Part shown: piece after piece, positions 53,775 through 64,000 of the stretch
Layout: each line of letters opens with the position of its first letter
Position numbering within the stretch: the first letter of the stretch is position 1
NCBI RefSeq assembly: GCF_009914755.1
Contig: NC_060925.1
Length of the DNA stretch: 64,000 nt
Strand: one strand, 5' to 3'
From: the human T2T-CHM13v2.0 reference genome, Homo sapiens
Notes under the pieces: model-generated
The model's input: only the letters and a program-made list of their open reading frames with translations
Told to the model about the DNA's origin: nothing
The model's database searches: none
Made by a program: the position numbers and the translations under genes

Positions 53775-54088
53775 AATTTATATATATATATAATATATTA
53801 TATATAATATATAATATATATAATATATAATTATATTATATATTATATATTATATATTATATATATTATATATATTAAATATATATTATATTATATATAA
53901 TATATATTATATATATTATATTATATATAATATATATTATATATATTATATTATATATAATATATATTATATATATTATATATATATTAAATATATATTA
54001 TATATATTATAATATATATAATATATATTATATATATATAATATATATAATATATATTATATATAATATAATATATATATATATATAT
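53775..54088. repeat. Pure A/T (TA)n-derived minisatellite
   Basis: About 310 bp with no G or C. Three identical 30-bp units ATATATTATATTATATATAATATATATTAT at 53881-53970. Confidence 0.97.
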
Positions 54089-54939
54089 GGTTTTTAAAGT
54101 ATTTAGAAAGTCAAACCCAGTCTGATGTCAAAACTTCAACATCTCATCCAATTTCACTGCCCCCATGGCTTTGCTCCACATAGTTGCTGGACTTTCACTC
54201 AGGTCCGAGAGCCTGGAATGAGGAAGGAGGATGAGATTGATTTCTTTATTTTTTTTGCCTACTTCTGCATTTCTTCTCCTTCTCCATCTCTTTCTTGCTG
54301 TCTAAATCCTGTTCCTGGTTCCCTCTTGGGCTGATCTCCGGAGAACAGTGTTCAGAGAAAAGGCCACCATCTTTCTTTGCTGGTGTGTTTGTATCCTGGC
54401 ACTGGGGCCCTCTGTGTACCATAGCTCAAATGTAGCTCTTTCCCTGATTGGTTGCTTTGTGGGTCCCTCACATGTCTCCCTGCTGGGAGCTTCCCATCAG
54501 CAGTTCCCTTATGTGGGAATTGTCCTCTCCAGTGGGTCTCTTATGGTTCTACTGACATCCCCTGGGTTCCAGCCCATCAATACAGACTCTCCCTCTGGTG
54601 GTACCTCATCTCTCTAGAATATCCTACTGGGAAGAAGCCTTTCAAGAAATCTCAAGACTCACTACCTTTTGTCAGGTTTGTGGCCCACAGGAAAACAAAA
54701 CCAAACAAAACATTTGGTCCTGGTGGCTTTGGAAGTGCAGGCCATTCCCAAAGAATGTTTGCCCTGCTGCCACTGATGACTCCTCACAGGCTTTCATCCA
54801 TAGACATTTTTAGGTATTGTCAGGGAGGCAACAGTTTCTGAGTGCCCCAGCCTCCAGGGATACAGAAAGCCCTCCTTATTGGCTTGGAGAGGGAGGAAAG
54901 CCCCCCTGCTCTCTCATGTCAGGAGGAGCAGCAAACTGA

Positions 54940-55296
<357 letters not shown>

Positions 55297-55789
55297 TTTC
55301 TTATATATTTCTTATGTCTTATATTTCCTGAAGTTAACTGATGGGTTAAGGGGGCAAAACGTCTCTCTCCAAGTCTTGCCTAAATGGTGCACTGCCTGAC
55401 ATCAGAAAGCAGAGATGCTCCCATCTATGATTCTCAGCTGTTGGCCTCAGCAATTAAATAAGAAAAGCAAGCACTCTTTACATCCTGAGTTCCATTAAAT
55501 AAAAACCCTCCTCCTACCAAAAGCCAATCTTTATTTTTTTGGTTCCACTTTGTTTTTTGTTTTTTTGTTTTTTTTTCTTTTATTATTATACTTTAAGTTT
55601 TAGGGTACATGTGCACATTGTGCAAGTTAGTTACATATGTATACATGTGCCATGCTGGTGCGCTGCACCCACTAACTCGTCATCTAGCATTAGGTATATC
55701 TCCCAATGCTATCCCTCCCCCCTCCCCCCACCCCACAACAGTCCCCAGAGTGTGATGTTCCCCTTCCTGTGTCCATGTGTTCTCATTGT

Positions 55790-59628
<3,839 letters not shown>

Positions 59629-59674
59629 TTATTTTGCTCGTTAGTTGATGCAGTTTCTTCCTAGTCTCGATGGT

Positions 59675-60691
59675 CTTTACATTTTGGCATGATTTTGCAG
59701 CAGCTGGTACTGGTTGTTCCTTTCCATGTTTAGTGCTTCCTTCAGGAGCTCTTTTAGGGCAGGCCTGGTGGTGACAAAATCTCTCAGCATTTGCTTGTCT
59801 GTAAAGGATTTTATTTCTCCTTCACTTATGAAGCTTAGTTTGGCTGGATATGAAATTCTGGGTTGAAAATTCTTTTCTTTAAGAATGTTGAATATTGGCC
59901 CCCACTCTCTTCTGGCTTGTAGGGTTTCTGCCGAGATCCGCTGTTAGTCTGATGGCTTTCCCTTTGAGGGTAACCCGACCTTTTTCTCTGGCTGCCCTTA
60001 ACATTTTTTCCTTCATTTCAACTTTGGTGAATCTGACAATTATGTGTCTTGGAGTTGCTCTTCTCGAGGAGTATCTTTGTGGTGTTCTCTGTATTTCCTG
60101 AATCTGAACGTTGGCCTGCCTTGCTAGATTGGGGAAGTTCTCCTGGATAATATCCTGCAGAGTGTTTTCCAACTTGGTTCCATTCTCCCCGTCACTTTCA
60201 GGTACACCGATCAGAGGTAGATTTGGTCTTTTCACATAGTCCCGTATTTCTTGGAGGTTTTGCTCATTTCTTTTTATTCTTTTTTCTCTAAACTTCCCTT
60301 CTTGCTTCATTTCATTCATTTCATCTTCCATCGCTAATACCCTTTCTTCCAGTTGATCGCATCGGCTCCTGAGGCTTCTGCATTCTTCACGTAGTTCTCA
60401 AGCCTTGGTTTTCAGCTCCATCAGCTCCTTTAAGCACTTCTCTGTATTGGTTATTCTAGTTATACATTCTTCTAAATTTTTTTCAAAGTTTTCAACTTCT
60501 TTGCCTTTGGTTTGAATGTCCTCCCGTAGCTCAGAGTAATTTGATCGTCTGAAGCCTTCTTCTCTCAGCTTGTCAAAGTCGTTCTCCGTCCAGCTTTGTT
60601 CCGTTGCTGGTGAGGAACTGCGTTCCTTTGGAGGAGGAGAGGTGCTCTGCTTTTTAGAGTTTCCAGTTTTTCTGTTCTGTTTTTTCCCCAT
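59675..60691 (-). pseudogene. ORF1: L1 ORF1 (RNA-binding chaperone), disrupted
   Basis: MGKKQNRKTGNSK.. stops after KTKA (60398). The second piece, MEDEMNEMK..RLTADL, then frameshifts. The 3' boundary is approximate. Confidence 0.92.
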
Positions 60692-61592
60692 CTTTGTGGT
60701 TTTATCTACTTTTGGTCTTTGATGATGGTGATGTACATATGGGTTTCTGGTGTGGATGTCCTTTCTGTTTGTTAGTTTTCCTTCTAACAGACAGGACCCT
60801 CAGCTGCAGGTCTGTTGGAGTACCCGGCCGTGTGAGGTGTCAGTGTGCCCCTGCTGGGGGGTGCCTCCCAGTTAGGCTGCTCGGGTGTCAGGGGTCAGGG
60901 ACTCACTTGAGGAGGCAGTCTGCCCGTTCTCAGATCTCCAGCTGCCTACTGGAAGAACCACTGCTCTCTTCAAAGCTGTCAGACAGGGACATTTAAGTCT
61001 GCAGAGGTTACTGCTGTCTTTTTGTTTGTCTGTGCCCTGCCCCCAGAGGTGGAGCCTACAGAGGCAGGCAGGCCTCCTTGAGCTGTGGTGGGCTCCACCC
61101 AGTTCTAGCTTCCCGGCTGCTTTGTTTACCTTAGCAAGCCTGGGCAATGGCGGGCATCCCTCCCCCAGCCTCGCTGCCGCCTTGCAATTTGATCTCAGAC
61201 TGCTGTGCTAGCAATCAGCGAGATTCCATGGGCGTAGGACCCTCCCAGCCAGGTGCAGGATATAATCTCATGGTGCACCGTTTTTTAAGCCCGTCGGAAA
61301 AGCGCAGTATTCGGGTGGGAGTGACCCGATTTTCCAGGTGCCGTCCGTCACCCCTTTCTTTGACTAGGAAAGGGAACTCCCTGACCCTTTGCGGTTCCCG
61401 AGTGAGGCAATGCCTCACCCTGCTTCGGCTCGCGCACGGTGCACGCACCCACTGACCTGCGCCCACTGTCTGGCACTCCCTAGTGAGATGAACCCAGTAC
61501 CTCAGATGGAAATGCAGAAATCACCCGTCTTCTGCGTCGCTCACGCTGGGAGCTGTAGACTGGAGCTGTTCCTATTCGGCCATCTTGGCTCC
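60692..61592 (-). promoter_or_regulatory. L1 5'UTR: internal sense promoter plus antisense promoter, CpG-rich
   Basis: Intact YY1 site (AAGATGGCCG on the minus strand, ~61577-61586), many retained CpGs, standard L1PA 5'UTR sequence. Confidence 0.85.
61147..61455 (+). CDS. ORF0: L1 antisense ORF0, open, 102 aa
   Basis: MAGIPPPASLPPCNLISDCCASNQRDSMGVGPSQPG..RVGVTRFSRC matches primate L1 ORF0p. Kozak context GCAATGG. Expression is not shown. Confidence 0.7.
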   Translation: MAGIPPPASLPPCNLISDCCASNQRDSMGVGPSQPGAGYNLMVHRFLSPSEKRSIRVGVTRFSRCRPSPLSLTRKGNSLTLCGSRVRQCLTLLRLAHGARTH

Positions 61593-61689
61593 TGTGTCTT
61601 TTTGGTTCTACTTTGGATCTCATTCTCCGTTGACTTTTAAAGGCAACCTCTCCCCTCTTTTCCACACAATCTCTCCCTCTCTACTGAAA

Positions 61690-63330
61690 CAGTCTTATTA
61701 GTATCAAAGAAGTTCTATAATCTCCTAATAGACAAAAAAAAGTGGTACGTTCTCCCTTGACCCCGCATACTTCTCTAGTATGCAATATTTTTCTGCCCCT
61801 CTTCACAGTCAAGCTTCCTAAAAGGTTTTTCTAAGCAATCTTCCTCTACTCTCTGCATCTCCAATTTACTCTTCAACTAACGCCTGACTTCCGTTGCCAT
61901 TACTTAACGGAAACTACTGTTGTCAAAGTTAACAACCTCTGTGTTGCCAAATGCGATCTACGCTTTTCCCTCGTCATCCCTCTTAGTGTTTCACCAGCAG
62001 TCAGCTTAACTGACAAACTTCTTACAGGAAACATTTTCTTCTTTTGTCTCCAGGATAACTCACTATCCTGGACTTCTTATTTCACTCTTCTCATTTCCTT
62101 CTTAGCCTCTCCTCTTCTAACTGACCAGGACCGTTAGATTTCCCCAGGGCCTCGTTCTGGAATATCTTCACTTCTCTAGTCTTTCCTGGATGATGTTATC
62201 CATTCCCACAGCTCTAAACACCCTCTGTATTCAAAAGGATCCTAAACTGCTAGATCTAGCCTAGAATTCTCCTCTCTCTGGTGTGGCGTATTCAAATATT
62301 TACTTAACGCGATGTGCGGAAGCCATCTCACAATTAAAATATTCAAATCAGAAGTAAATACTCCTATGAATGCTATTTCTCTCTCAGTCTTTCCCATCTC
62401 AGAAAGCAACAATGCCCTTCCTTCCTGTTGTGAAAGCTAGAAGTCTGGGAAACATTCTTATTTCTCCTCTTTTCCCAAGGATACAATATAATTCTGTGTT
62501 TATTGATGGCCTGTCATGTATCTAGCCCTGGATACCCTTGCTCCACTCTTTCCCAGCTCCTGCCTATTCCACCTGCAAAATAGAGCCCTCATCTGGTGAT
62601 GTCTTTCCCTTTCACTTGCCACTGTCTCAGTCCAAACCTCTGCCATTTCTAGCTCAAGCATCTCAACTGCCTTCTAGTTAACCTCTCTGCTTTCATGCTG
62701 GCCTGACACCTGATCCATTTCCACCTAGCCTACAGAGCAATTTTTAAAATATAAGAATTTTACTATAACCCAAAATATTTCAGTTTTACAATTGAAAATA
62801 TATATGTGTGTGTATATGTGTTGGTTATAACATATATATAATATACCATATATATACTGGTTTATAATTGAATATATACTGTGGATTATAATATGTATAT
62901 AACCCACCTTGGGTAAGACCTGGATGCCCAGTCCCTGGACACAGAACCCACCTTCACTCACAGCTCTCTAGCCATGTAAGGTCTTTTAGTCCTAGGAGTC
63001 AGCCACCTTTTCTACCTCAGGGCCTTTGCACTTGCCATGCACTGTACCATACACCCTGCTCACTCTCATCCTTCAGGTCTCAGCATAAGATGATCTCTTC
63101 AGAGATGCTGTCTCTAACCACCTTCTATAAAATAATGTCCCCTGACATTCTCTATCTTGGTCTTCTATTATTTTCTTTATAACTCTCATTACAAACTTTC
63201 TTGTTTGCTGTTTGTGACTCTCTGGACTGTAAATTCCATGAGGGCAGATAATTTGTCTGGCTTGCTCACAATTGCATCCTCAGCACTTACTACAGGGATG
63301 CAAGAAGAATAAGTTACAAGAATGAATTGG
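61690..63330 (+). mobile_element. L2 LINE (about 1.6 kb, fragmented)
   Basis: GGAAACTACTGTTGTCAAAGTTAAC; CTCAGGGCCTTTGCACTTGCC; CTGTAAATTCCATGAGGGCAG..GAATGAAT 3' end. Confidence 0.8.
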
Positions 63331-63381
63331 TGAACAGGGGCACAGCTCACAAAGAGACAGCTCACTCCCCAATTGTCCTTC

Positions 63382-63899
63382 TTTTTTTTTTTTTTTTTTA
63401 CTTTTCTTTTTTTTTTTTAATTATACTTTAAGTTTTAGGGTACATGTGCACATTGTGCAGGTTAGTTACATATGTATACATGTGCCATGCTGGTGCGCTG
63501 CACCCACTAACTCGTCATCTAGCATTAGGTATATCTCCCAATGCTATCCCTCCCCCCTACCCCCACCCCACCACAGTCCCCAGAGTGTGATATTCCCCTT
63601 CCTGTGTCCATGTGATCTCATTGTTCAATTCCCACCTATGAGTGAGAATATGCGGTGTTTGGTTTTTTGTTCTTGCGATAGTTTACTGAGAATGATGGTT
63701 TCCAGTTTCATCCATGTCCCTACAAAGGACATGAACTCATCATTTTTTATGGCTGCATAGTATTCCATGGTGTATATGTGCCACATTTTCTTAATCCAGT
63801 CTATCATTGTTGGACATTTGGGTTGGTTCCAAGTCTTTGCTATTGTGAATAATGCCGCAATAAACATACGTGTGCATGTGTCTTTATAGCAGCATGATT
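63382..63899 (-). mobile_element. Young 5'-truncated L1 (L1PA2-like), about 520 bp
   Basis: Young 3'UTR diagnostics (AATGAGATCAC, GGGGAATATCAC, GACTGTGGTGGGG) but GACGAG and CTTAAAG, so not L1HS-Ta. ORF2p C-terminus at 63625-63867. Long poly(A). Confidence 0.93.
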
Positions 63900-63970
63900 C
63901 TCCAAGGCAAGGTCAGACACCCAGAAATCCTTTGCCCTAATGGCTGGAAATGGAAGTGTTTACGAATTAA

Positions 63971-64000
63971 GCTTTTACACTGTTGGTGGGAGTGTAAGTT
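63971..64000 (+). mobile_element. Start of a sense L1 ORF2 fragment running off the window
   Basis: GCTTTTACACTGTTGGTGGGAGTGTAA matches the L1 ORF2 3' region (older L1PA-type variant). Confidence 0.6.

Noticed and set aside
53881-53970. CRISPR-like array (30-bp repeats)
   Set aside because: Repeats are contiguous with no spacers, pure AT, in a primate genomic context.
63382-63899. L1HS-Ta assignment
   Set aside because: Has GAG rather than ACA/ACG at the diagnostic trinucleotide, and A rather than G near the 3' end.

Overview
Repeat-dense hominoid (human/great-ape-like) euchromatic DNA with no recognisable host protein-coding gene. Every long ORF in the track maps to a transposon remnant or simple repeat. 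Main contents: (1) a full-length ~6.05-kb L1PA3-like LINE-1 (minus strand, 55.6-61.6 kb) with broken ORF1/ORF2, an intact YY1 site, the 5'UTR deletion associated with ZNF93 escape, and an open antisense ORF0; (2) an older full-length ~6.4-kb L1PA (33.6-40.0 kb); (3) two 5'-inverted (twin-primed) L1s; (4) a truncated young L1PA2-like copy at the right edge; (5) a complete THE1C MaLR provirus with a 5-bp TSD next to an MLT2A1 solo LTR; (6) several MLT1/MLT2 LTRs, four Alus plus a FLAM, MER58/MER5, many L2/MIR/CR1 fragments and long microsatellites. I find no convincing novel multi-gene system. The best leads are a divergent pair of DUX4-motif LTRs, the L1 ORF0/antisense promoter facing a CpG-enriched L2 flank, a few + strand exon candidates in unique sequence, and several insertion/repair scars. 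Subfamily names come from remembered consensus diagnostics, not from a database search.
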